Origin: Azolla caroliniana
Taxonomy: Eukaryota > Plantae > Polypodiophyta
NCBI GenBank assembly: GCA_043228905.1
Contig: JBHGNT010000001.1
Span: forward strand, 11,904,001-11,968,000
DNA length: 64,000 bases
Direction of reading: 5' to 3'
This document shows positions 50,669 to 62,165 of the stretch, piece by piece. A program made the position numbers and the translations under genes. The notes beneath the pieces are model-generated. The model was given only the letters and a program-made list of their open reading frames with translations, had not been told where the DNA came from and did no database searches. Position 1 is the stretch's first letter; each line of letters opens with the position of its first letter.

Positions 50669-53598
50669 CGAATCCGCTTCGTGGTACTTGCCTTCACTCC
50701 CAATTCCTCATAACTCCATTCCAAATTCTAAGGACGAATTCAACGAGGCCGAAATGCCCCCGCATGATGAAGAAGTCGGAGCTCTGAGAGAGAGTCTGAT
50801 CTCATTTCGGCTAAGTGGACCGAATGAGAGGTTGGGCCGAAATGGCCAACCTATTGAAGAGACAACGAATAGTGGCGACTCGGCCGTGATGTCCCCGCGT
50901 AAAGAACCGAGGAGACGGTTTATGCACAAGGAAAAAGGGAAGAAGAAGGTGTTGGATTATGGCATGGATAGGAATGAGTCGGATCGACGCGAGTCCGACT
51001 CTGAGCGAAGTGATGACGGGCCTTCAAGAGTGAAGTCCACGTCGGCCAAGAAAGCCTCAACATCGGCTAATGAGCAATTACACCGATCTACCCGCCAGAA
51101 GAACCCTGTTGTGTGGTTCGGATACAATGAGTACATGGCGCATCACTATGCGTACATGACCCGTGTAGCAGAAGTGCGTGAGCCGGAGAGCTACGTAGAA
51201 GCGGTGAAGGACACGAATTGGCATGCCGCGATGGAGGAAGAGATGCGCGCATTGGTGCAAAATGAAACCTGGGACCTGGTTGACGCACCAAAAGGTGTGA
51301 AGCCGATCGAATGTAGGTGGGTGTACAAGGTCAAGTACAACACTGACGGCTTGGTCAACCGATACAAGGCTTAGTTAGTAGCGAAAGGCTACGCGCAGAA
51401 GCACAATGTGGACTACGACGAGACCTTCACGCTTGTCGCGAAGATGACTACCGTGCGTGTTCTGCTGGCAGTAGCTGCGACGAAGGGGTGGCACTTACAT
51501 CAGATGGATGTAAAGAATGCGATCATCTGGAAAGGTCGACTCGGGCCGGTTAGCATTTTATGTTATGTTGATGACTTGGTCATCACCGGCGCCGACCTAC
51601 GTGAGATTGACCGCATGAAGCTCCAGCTTGCGGCATCATTCGACATGAAGGATTTGGGGGACCTTCATTACTTCCTTGGGATCGAAGTGATCCGCACCCC
51701 GGAAGGCATACTGATCAGCCAACGCCATTACGTGTTGAGTATGCTCTTCAAGTTCAAGATGGAAAATTGTAAGCCCATCTCGACCCCTCTAGACAGAAAC
51801 GTAAAGTTTCGCCGAGATTCAGGAAAGGCGTGTGACCCGACACAGTTTCGACAAATTTTCGGAAGCCTCATCTACTTGACGATTACTCGGCTAGATCTCA
51901 GCTACCCGGCCGGCTTAATCAATCAATTTATGTCGCATGCCACAACCGAACACTTTCAGTGCGCGCAAAGGATATTGCGATATGTCAGCGACACGAAAGA
52001 CATGGCGTTGCTGTATGAGGCAAGCGTAGCCGAATAGTTGGTTGGCTACACGGATGCCGATTAGGCCGGAAACGCCAGTAATCATAGATCCACATCAGGA
52101 TATGCCTTCTCATTAGGAAGCATGGCGAACGCGTCAGTAGCAAAAAGTAGTCGATAGTGGCACTGTCGAGAACAGAGGCCGAATATCGAGGGGAGACTAT
52201 CGCTACGTGCCAAGTCATTTGGCTGAAACGGCTATTACGAGATCTGCATGTAGAGGAGTCTAATCCGACGACGATCTATTGCGACAACCTTAGCAGTATC
52301 CACCTTGTGAAAAACCCCGTGTTCCACGCCCAGACCAAGCACATTGAGGTGCATTACCATTTTGTTCGCGAGCGGGTCCTTTCAGGTGGCGGAAGTGACC
52401 ACGACGCTGAATCAGATGGACAATTCGATTTCGAACCGGCTGAAGAAGCCGAAGGAAGAAGCAAGTGTTGGGGATAAGACCGTCAATGTGGAAGTGCAAG
52501 CACCATTCATGATGAAGAAGAACCTGTGTATGCAGGAGCAAGATAGACACAGAGGGAGAGAGAGAGAGAGAGAGGGGCAGAAAGGAAACGTTATATTCCA
52601 ATAGCAACAGTTACAAATGACAACCGACCTTCACTAAAGGTTACAAAGTCACTTTATATAGTGACTATCCTAGGGCAACTACCCTTTATGCTATTTACAG
52701 AAATAGCCCGAACTTGGGCTGTCCAAAGGGACAATGTGAATACGGCCATTATACACTCATATTCGACCACAAGGGCCATAATCGTAGGAAAGAGTTGAAG
52801 ACAGCCGACAGCCGAATCTAGGGGAGATAAGGCCAAGACGAAGACGTGGTCGGAAGTTGTCAAAGGCTTGAAGACTAAAGACGAATTGGAGACAACCAAT
52901 TCGGATGAGAGCATAATTGAATCAGAAGTGTTTGATTCAATAGAAATGTTCGATTCGGATACGCCGAATCAACTGAAGGCCAAACAGAGAAAAGGACAAC
53001 AAAGGACACGCCAACACCGTGACAACAAGGGAGCTGAGAAGGGCCGAACAAGCAGACAACTCGACCGAAAGGGTCGAGGCACGCGGATTCGAACAGGTCG
53101 AGGAGCGTGAGCGAGGCGTGAAGCCAGAAGGAACAGGAGCGTGGATTCAGAAGAGCAAATGAAACCTCAAGTTGAGGTTGAGGGGGAGTGTTGAGTGACA
53201 GGCTCAACATTGGGTGCGTAATACGGTGCGTAACCTAGTGTGTAGACTGGGTGTGTGAAACGGTACGCATAACGTAGTCATAGTGGTGCGTAAACTGTGA
53301 GGCCGTTAGTATGGTATTCCTCGTGAGGAATAATTTTGGGAGTTAGTGTAGTAGGCTCATTTATGAGCAGTCAAGTACTTCTGTCAGCCCATTTGTCAAG
53401 ACTTGTATAAAAGGTGCTCACTGAGCACGATGTATATACAGAGCGTCATTATTTTGAAATTGATGTAAGTTGTCTGCTCTCTCTCTGTCTCTCCATCTCC
53501 ATCTCCATCTTTGTGTTTCTTGAGTTTACTGAACTATCTTTTTTTCGAACTGCGTACTTTGTGTTTACGCACACGCTTCCGCACACATATTCTTTACA
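47784..53598 (+). mobile_element. Ty1/copia I (same clade as B), full length, heavily mutated with internal deletions
   Basis: LTRs 47784-48162 and 53189-53598; perfect TSD ATGAT; PBS TGGTATCAGAG at 48163; PPT GAGGGGGAG; gag, PR, INT, RT and RH fragments similar to B. Confidence 0.96.
52466..52810. mobile_element. Solo-LTR-like insertion in copia I
   Basis: TGTTGG..CCGACA termini, GA-run and TATA-like motif; absent from the homologous region of B; no TSD found. Confidence 0.55.
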
Positions 53599-54110
53599 AT
53601 GATGAACAATTTTTGTTTGTAGTCAAGGAGTTAAAAACTAATGCTCTACTAAGGGAATCATCATTTTGTAGAAGGTTGAAATGTACGAAGAGAGACATGA
53701 TGTATGGAGAACAGGCTAGTGAAGAAGAATATATGGTGTTACTATTTCTAAGACGCAATGATGGTGGTAAGCGGGGACCATCACTTTTATTGTTGCATGA
53801 TTTATCAATATTTCTTTCATTTGTCAAGGAGAAAGATGTAGTTGATTATTACCAAACATTTTCTTGTAGTGCACATGAGATTTTTTTCCTACCGCTTAAC
53901 GGGGATTTTTTCTCACACAATAATTTGTTACATTTTAGGTATTTATACCCCTTCTTTGTCTATAGCCTACCATAAGGCGAAGGAGTTTTTCATTTTCTTT
54001 TTAGGCTCACCTTAAATGGTTCGCTCAACTAGCAATGAGGGGGGCTAAATGTGAAGTCGATTTTTGCTCATAAGAAAAGACCGTGACAAATACATTGGAT
54101 GCGAAGGTAC

Positions 54111-54195
54111 TGTTAGGAACAATACTAAAACATAGAAGGAATTGTTGCTAAAAGATGAGGATTAGTACTAAGGGAGGTGTAGAACTCTCGAGAGA

Positions 54196-54241
<46 letters not shown>

Positions 54242-55652
54242 AACAAATGATATATATTATGTCAAGGGAATATACAATAGTAACTAGGAGGCTTAAGATT
54301 GGTGTTGAACCAATTTGGTTCGAAATAATGCCTTGTGCCTCCTTTTATAGTGTGCTCAAGAGTACTCCTGAAGTTTCTAGAATGTTCCAGAGAAATCTGG
54401 AATATACATCAATTTTCTATAGTAAAACCTAAATGAAAATAATATCATTCGTATTACAACATATAGTCTAATGGTCCAGAGCTTGACCCATGTAACATAA
54501 GGTCATGGGTTTGAGTCTTGCCATATCATGACACTATCCCCCTTTTAAAATGACGAGTGTCACGAGTCGTTTTGGATTGAGGACCCGGTTTGTCTGGATA
54601 TTGACGATGGAAGTCTTCAAGAAGAGCACGAGCATTGGTTACATTCTCTATTGGTTCCCACATACGCTCATTGGGACTATATCCTAGCCAATCGACTAAA
54701 TAGTAGAGCTTGTTACGAATAATCTTGGAATCAAGGATGGCAGCAACCTCGTACTCAGGTCCATCTTCAAGCTCGATCGGGGGTGGAGGTTGTTTAATAT
54801 GACTTGGGATGGTGTTGTCTTGATAGGGTTCGAGGAGAGAACTATGAAACACCGGATGTATCCAATGTTGTGGAGGTAGATCGAGACGAAAAGCGACATC
54901 ATTAATTTTTCTAATAATACGGAAAGGACCTAATCGCCGGTAATCCAACTTCTCGCGTGGGCAAGTAGTCTTGATGTGTTGTCGTAGTAGCCACACCCGA
55001 TCTCCAATGTCAAAACTAGATGGAAGCCGATGACGATCCACATAAACCTTATGTGTTTGTTGAGCTTGCTGTAGATGAGTAGATAAATCCGCTTGTATCT
55101 TACGTAGCCACTCCAAACGATCCTCTACACAAGGATTTGTAGGTAACTCTAGGTTTCAAATACACACCACCGGGGGTGACAGTCCGTGTAAGCATAAAAT
55201 GGTGTCACCTTTGTCGATGAGTGGACAGAGATATTATACGCAAATTCGGCGAAGTGGAGAATATCTGCCTAGTCATCTTGATCATAGCTTAAAAAGCACC
55301 GAAGATACTGCTCCAGCGTTTGATTTGTTCGTTCAGCTTAACCGTCTGTTTGCGGGTGGTCGCTGGAGGAGAGGTTACAAGTGACCTTAAGAATTTTAAA
55401 GAGGTGCTTCCAAAACTTCGAGACGAACTGGGGTCCACAGTCGTTGATGATACTATCGGGAAGGCCATGATGCCGACATACTTCACACATGATCATTTCA
55501 GCGGATTCTTCACTGGAGATTTCCTTAGTACATGGTAGGAAATGGGCCATCTTTGTATATCGATCTACTACTATTAAGATCACATCGAATCCCTCAGAGA
55601 CCGGAAGATCTGTGATGAAATCTAGGGAAATGGATTGCCATGGCTTGCCAAG
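54111..55652 (-). mobile_element. Chromovirus K (Tcn1-like) 3' fragment: 3' LTR plus integrase-chromodomain
   Basis: LTR 54111-54533, PPT 54534-54546; PWQSISLDFITDLP, HPQTDG, LGPF, IHPVFHSSLL and chromodomain YEVAAILDS..YLVDWLGY..WEP. Confidence 0.92.
54457..54530 (+). ncRNA. tRNA-like Pol III cassette in the chromovirus K LTR
   Basis: A box TAGTCTAATGG at 54464, B box GGTTTGAGTC at 54508 (44-nt spacing, CpG-decayed). Confidence 0.5.
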
Positions 55653-56299
55653 AGTTAAAAGGTAAAGGAAATTGAAGAGAAATAAAGTTAGAGGTATTTT
55701 TCAAAAGCAGAAAAAAAGGAAAAGAAGAAAAACGCAGGAAATTAAGTAGAAAAAGCAAGGTAGAGAAAAAAGCTCATAACTTCGTCATCTCTTATCCAAA
55801 TTTCAAAAGAAAATATTCATAAGAAATCTGACAAAGAGAGCTTTCTTGTATGACAAATTTGGATGACAAACCAGAAATAATGATATGAAAAACGCACCAC
55901 ACAAACTCGAGGATATGTAAAAGAAAAGAAAAGAAAAAGCGAGAGGGTATGTAAAACTAAAAACCTATAAGTATGAGGGTATTCTTAGCAATTAGGGAGA
56001 CGAGGGGGGAATAGAATAGTTACGAAGAAAGGAAGAATAGAAAATCTACAAGAAGAAGTGAGGAAGAAGAAGATTCGAAGAAGTGAGAAGACGATTAGTA
56101 GAAGAAAGAGAGAAGACGGAAAGGCTATTCTAGTAATAGTATATTGAAGTAGTTATTTGGGGTTGTTACTCTTGGAGTATAAGAAGATTGTATTCTTTTC
56201 TTAATAATATATTCAAGTATCTTTTCTCTTCCTCTTCTCTTCTCTATCATTTTTCTCTCTCTCTCCTCATCAATATAGGCGAGCAACAACAACTCGGTA

Positions 56300-56441
56300 C
56301 TCTAAGAGATTTAAGGGTATTGAGGAAATTAGTGATAAGAAATTGACATATGCTAAGGCAATGCAAGTGAAGAATTGGGAAACTCTAAAAGATTTAAGGG
56401 TATTGAGGAAATTATTGATAAGAAATTGGCATATGCTAAGG
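56300..56441. repeat. Direct duplication of a ~60-bp block
   Basis: actctaa.agatttaagggtattgaggaaatta.tgataagaaattg.catatgctaagg occurs twice. Confidence 0.85.
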
Positions 56442-57834
56442 TGAAACATGTAGACGAGGGTCACAAGGATAATCATAATTGGGATCACTTATAGGGAATT
56501 GTCAATACTTTGTTGTTTAATATTGACATGGAGAAAAATGAGAATGAAGCAAAACAATGCATTGATGAGGATATGTAGATGTGGAAGTTTATGCTAAGGT
56601 AGTTTTATAGTCTCTTGATGTATTTTATGAGCATGTGGTTATATTATGTTTACTAGGAAAGTCCCATTCATAAATTGGGTTAAGCAATGGTTGAACACAA
56701 TCGTATCATTGAATTTTGTTAAGAATATATATGCAAGCCCAATGGGTTTTATGATGTCGTATTTCATTGCCTTTAAGATCGAAGTGCATTGTTGGATAAA
56801 GTTCTCGTGTTCTTTGATAAACGGTTGGTGCATGTAAAGCAATGGTCCCCTATAGTGAACTATCATGCTTTTCTAAAACAAGAATGCTCCATTTGGGTGA
56901 CAATGAATTTTAAGCATTCATTTCTATGGCCCTTTTTACCATAATTGATGAGTCAAATAGGTAAAGTGTTGGTATCACGACACAAATGTTCTGATAGTAC
57001 TTTCCTTTTCCTACATTCTTTGTGTTATTCCTTTCCCCCTTTTTCTCCCTTATATAGACTTGGACATGCCATGTCATGACACATTGGGAGAGGAACATAA
57101 AAAATGGCTCACCTAGACGAGTGGTGAATATGATCTAGGTGAACATCTCAACCAAATACAATAAAAGACAAATAGTTCTCTCTAAAGCTATGAAATCTAT
57201 GTACTACAAACATTAATATCCCTAATGGAGGGAGAAACGAGAAATCACTCTTCCTCCTCTCTTGCTCTTTCCTTCCAAGAACCAAGGCCCGACACGGTGC
57301 ATCGAAGAGTTTACCTAACCATCAGGTAGTGGGAGACAAGTACATGTTGTCCATAGAATTAGTTATGAAGACATCAGTGACAACACGATTGAGGAGCAAA
57401 TGTTACATCAAGAGAAGGCGAACACAATTGAGTAGTCCACACTCACATTCAGGTGAATGATTAGTGTTAAGTTCTTTTAAGAAGAAGAAAAAAACAACAC
57501 TTTCAATTATGTGTTATGGTGACCTAGTAATTCAAGTGTGGCTATTGTATTTCTCTTCGTGTTTACTTACTGATCTTAATATTGCTAATGCTTTTAAGCC
57601 TTTAGAAGGCATTACTAGTTAGCTTCTTATTAGGGTTTTCTTCATGAGAGTTTGTAAGATAAGGGAAAGTGAGTTTAGTGGCTCGAGAGTGATTGACAAC
57701 CACTCTCACTTAGCTCTCCATCAATAGGATATACAGTCATGTGGACCCCTCAGCTTGCATTACTAGCAGAGAGGTAAAACGTTGTCGATACGAAGATGTG
57801 TTCACAAGGAGAATACTTTGAGCAAACACACTAC

Positions 57835-58345
57835 CTTTGATGTGATCTATGTTGCTTTCAAATGGATGTTTGATAGGAAACTATTTGACATGTTGAAAAG
57901 CTTACATCCTCTTCTACATGATGTTACTAATCCTCCAAAAGACATTGCGCTTGCTCAACATTTCATTTTAGCAACTATAGTGCCACGTTGTGACCCAACT
58001 TTAGGAAGTGAAACTTAAAACAATGTTGAAGTTGGCCATAAGTGAACCCCTCCATTCCCACATGGGTGGGATGGGGATTCACTACCAAAACGACTTTGAC
58101 GTTATCTATGTTGCTTTCAAATGGATGTTTGATAGGAAACTATTCATGTTGAAAAGTTTACGTCCTCTTCTACATGATGTTACTAATCCTCCAAAAGACA
58201 TTGCCCTTGTTCAACATTTTGTTTTAGCAACTATAGTGCCACCTTGTGACCCAACTTTAGGACGTGAAACTTAAAACAATGTTGAATTTGGCCATAAGTG
58301 GATCCCTCCATTCCCACCTGGGTGGGATGGGGCTTCACTACAAAA
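57835..58345. repeat. Tandem duplication, ~256-bp unit x2
   Basis: Two near-identical copies of ..atctatgttgctttcaaatggatg..gggtgggatgggg.. Confidence 0.9.
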
Positions 58346-61015
58346 ACGATCAAAACCATGATGGAAAGGATTTTGAATGTGAACAATGGCAAGCAACCAA
58401 GTCTCTTCGACACCCTTGCAAGGGCCTTTGCTTGATGAAAGAGGCACGTTTTTGTCAAGCCATGTATTGGATCTTATGCCCGTAGTTAGGCACTCATTCA
58501 CAAACTGCCCGTAGTGACTCTAATGCATGATTTGTATCTCCAACATTCACCTAGAGAAGTATTGTAAATACTTTTATCAAATCACCTGCACAAAGGGCAT
58601 GACACATTAGGTCAATTTGAGTGTTGCATCGTCTAGCACACCCTTCCAAATAAGAGTGATGCTGACATAAGTCTCTATGTTGATTGAGAGGCTATGATAC
58701 CCCTAATTCCCTCAATATGCACAAATGAAATATTTGTATACATCCTATTTTGATAGCCACCCTGTACACCCCACCACATATCTTCACTTGCCCAAAGGAT
58801 GTCCTAGCCCAACTACACCTATGACCCATTGTAGCCTAGCTTTCAACCAAATGACAAGCCTTGACAAGCTCAAAGTTGTATAGTAATGTCTCCAAAAGTT
58901 TTCAAATATTTAGATCTGGCCAAAAACAATGGTTAGATACATTACAATATAAGTATTCTATGTTTTCTACAAGCATTCCACATATTTTACCTATTCTGTA
59001 TGTACTTAATGTTTTTATATGTAGAATATGTATCCTACGTATTAATAAAATGAAGGTAGAATTTGTGGCGTACATACACCTTGTACACGTATTGTATGTT
59101 ACATATTCTACGACCCATGGGTGAGGGTAGCCACATGGCAAAAGTCACGTGGGTCCTCATCACTCGGATCAAACGACTACCACCTTTAATATTTGGTTAA
59201 GCATATCAACTAGTGAGATCAGGACCCTACAACTTCGCCATGTTTTAATATAAAGCTACATCGGATCACGAGGGTAGCTTCCATGGTGTTGCTAGTAATC
59301 GTCACGAATGTGCCTATGGATGTGGCACTCAAAAAACCCACCATCCCCCCCCCCCCTTGCTCAATGAACCCTCTCCTCTACCAAATCTCGAGATCAAAGG
59401 GTTTTGTAATAAATGACAAGTCAGACATCAATGTGATTGGAGAACACTCATATACCAATGCTTGGTCTTTGAACAATATGGATGACATATCTATTTGTCC
59501 ATGTGGACCTCATCATCTCCCATCGGTGAAAGTGATTGTACTCGTCCCAACATTTTGGTACTAGTCCTTGCTTTATAGAGAACATTTCCTACCTGCTTCT
59601 TTTGTTCACACTATCCATCCAATCATCAAGGCACAACCCGATGAACATTCTATTGTGTTTGAGATCGACCATATTGTATGTTGCCCAACCGCCAGTCCAT
59701 ATGCCGGTGATGAAGAAACTTTTGTCAGTCACGGTAGGATTGTGACCTCAAAATGCTTCATGTAGAGTGGGATATTTTCTTATCACTATACTAATAAAGT
59801 TTCACCTTGCAATACTACTTGAACATATCGTGCTTTATAAATTCATAGGGTAAAATGGTGTGATAGGGCCCACTTGTAATAATTTGTTGTGGATGGATGG
59901 CATGTTGATGTGTTTTAGTGACTCTCGATTCATTAGAATGGTATTGGAATTCTAATTGAATCAAGTGATGGACCTTGTTTGTGGGTGGGGGACTATAGAC
60001 CATTTCGTTGATAAGTTTACAATGCTCGTCATAGTGTGGGGGACTGTAGATACCAAACTCATTCAATGAATTATAATACATGATTCTATCCCAATGTCAT
60101 CATGCCCACATTCTGAAATTGATGGGAAACATTTTCTTGTATCCTTAAAATCGAATGAAGTTTTTGTCAAATGCCTACACTACCAGCTGCTGCTATATAG
60201 ATGTTGGCATGAATAAAATGTGACCTTTTCCAATATGTATATATGTAGTCACATATTCTCTTTAAATGATACGTTATATATATGACATTGTTTCATATTT
60301 ATGAGTGGTCCAACCCGGAATGATACCCTACTGTATGTAACCTATGTCTACAACATGTAACTAATGTGGGTTACATATTTATGCGTGTTCCCCCTGAGCT
60401 TAGAAGATTTTGCATTGTCAAACCTTAGGATACAATCATACCAAATCCTTCGAATGAATACAATTGAAAGAATCAAATATTTTATTGATCATGACACTTA
60501 GATTCCCATGGATAAAGACACAACTCCAACAAATGTATTTTGGTTTCTCCAACAAATAATGTCGTCATCAAGGCACAGGTTTGACAGATGCCATTCAAAT
60601 GGCTATGGGACACATACAAGGAGAAAGAAAGGTGCAAGGCAATATGCCCATATCGAGGAGAAAGCCACACTTAGCCCTCAGTCCATCACAATTCAATGCA
60701 AATTGACACACAATACACATAGCCATGTGTATCAAGCGTGAATCACACTTAAACCTTAGGATTTGATGAATGATGTGAAGGTTGTCCTTTGAAACAAAGA
60801 ATGTCCAACAGAAAATGGAATCTTGATAGTTAATGAATAACGAATAGAAAAATGGGCCATGCATCATGCATGCAATAACCAACCACATCATGTGAGGGTA
60901 GTTAATTCTTTTCTTTCTTTCTTTTTTACAAGCAATTAGCCACAACTAATGGAAATATTCTTGATACTCTTGAGAGACAACATGGACATTCATCACTCTT
61001 ATCATCTGTGAAACC

Positions 61016-61963
61016 CTAATGTAACTCCTTATACAATTTTAAGGTTGAGAACATTGGAAAGAGTGTGGCGACTACCACGAGTTCCCGGGATGTCACGCGA
61101 CATGAGGGGCACGAAGTCGATGGAGTAGGTGTGGAAGGAGCATGACTAGTGAGGGGCGAGGAGGAACCCGGGTTCGGAGTTTGCGTGGCTGGGGTTAGAT
61201 TGTGACCATCATTAGAAGCTAATGATGAAGCCGGGGTAATGGAGGCGCCGGCACCGCCACCCAATAAAGGTGCCTCTGATGGCCCATGTGCTTTCGGAAG
61301 CCCAAATAACTCCTCCGGCAAAAGCACTTGATCAATGGCGAAAACCGCGCACGGAACCGTGTTATACAAGGTGCTAATAAGTGTGGCGCGTGATAGAGGC
61401 GTGGACACGAGCACGGCCCCATCCGCATTGGTCAAATTCACGGTGAATTTCCCGGCCCCTGCCGCAGCCGTGGCCAGGGTGGGGGCGGCCGGGACGGTCG
61501 CCTGTTGGAGCGCGGACAAAGGATAGAAAGCCGAGAGCGCGTGGAATTCCAAGAGTTCGATCTTGTGCCGTGCTGACAACTTGCTTACGGCATTGCTCGC
61601 GGAGAAGGCTTGGTCGGTCGGGGCGAACACCGTGATGCCACTTGTCGTGGTCCTATTCGCTCGTGCCTGGAAGAGGCGGTTCACGCCAGTCGCGGTCAAT
61701 AGGCTCACGAAGGTCTGGAACTCTCCTGCGCTCTCTATGATGTGGGTTATGTTCACAGGGTCGGAGGCGGCCGGGGTGGGGACCGAAGGGGAAGAAGACA
61801 GCGGGGAATTGAGGGCGGCCGCGGACCCGAAAACAGGAGAGGAGGAATGAAAACAGACAAGGCAGTGTAGGAGAGAGATAAAGGTAAGCAGAAAATGGTG
61901 GAGGTGAAGGATATGGTGGGGGTGAAGCTTCTTTAATGGCGATGTGGTGATGGCCGCCTCCAT
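61016..61963 (-). CDS. FLA: Fasciclin-like arabinogalactan protein (single FAS1 domain), intronless, 315 aa
   Basis: Hydrophobic N-terminal signal; FAS1 motifs GITVFAPTDQAF (H1), LEFH and AVFAIDQVLLPEELFG (H2); Pro/Ala/Ser/Thr-rich flanks; hydrophobic C-terminal stretch; ATG in GCCATGG context at 61963. Confidence 0.93.
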   Translation of the reverse strand: MEAAITTSPLKKLHPHHILHLHHFLLTFISLLHCLVCFHSSSPVFGSAAALNSPLSSSPSVPTPAASDPVNITHIIESAGEFQTFVSLLTATGVNRLFQARANRTTTSGITVFAPTDQAFSASNAVSKLSARHKIELLEFHALSAFYPLSALQQATVPAAPTLATAAAGAGKFTVNLTNADGAVLVSTPLSRATLISTLYNTVPCAVFAIDQVLLPEELFGLPKAHGPSEAPLLGGGAGASITPASSLASNDGHNLTPATQTPNPGSSSPLTSHAPSTPTPSTSCPSCRVTSRELVVVATLFPMFSTLKLYKELH

Positions 61964-62063
61964 GGCTCTCCAAGAAAGAGTAGTGGAAGTGAAACTACTA
62001 AAGAAAAAAGGGGAAACTTGAAAGAAGGGGGGGTGGAGGTGAATTGCTTTAGCCTTTGATCCC

Positions 62064-62165
62064 AATATATGGTCTGCCACGTGGCTCCCACGTGGCCTGT
62101 CTTTGTACACGTGTCCTGCCAAATGTCCGTGACGCGTCCTGCTGCCCAAGCATTTTATTCATTGG
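62064..62165 (-). promoter_or_regulatory. FLA proximal promoter: three G-box/ABRE motifs, CE3-like ACGCGT, CCAAT and TATA-like motif
   Basis: GCCACGTGGC at 62076, CCACGTGGC at 62088, ACACGTGTC at 62107, GACGCGTC at 62131, ATTGG at 62161, ATATAT at ~62065. Confidence 0.65.

Larger units (their letters stand above)
46353..56272 (+). mobile_element. Non-autonomous gag-only gypsy-like element J, hosting I and K
   Basis: LTR end 46353-46508 matches 56119-56272; PBS TGGCACTCCAAGGAGGG at 46512-46528 (tRNA-Asn-like); gag-like KRFKARLDPYFQYEVHMKYPRSF; PPT GAGGGGGG before the 3' LTR at ~54050; no pol seen. Confidence 0.72.

Noticed and set aside
57782-58485. Small duplicated ORFs as a peptide gene family
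   Set aside because: By-products of the ~256-bp duplication; non-ATG starts and no recognisable motifs.
61964-62149. N-terminal 62 aa of the 377-aa ORF call
   Set aside because: Begins at a non-ATG codon and overlaps promoter motifs; the ATG at 61963 has good context and precedes the signal peptide.
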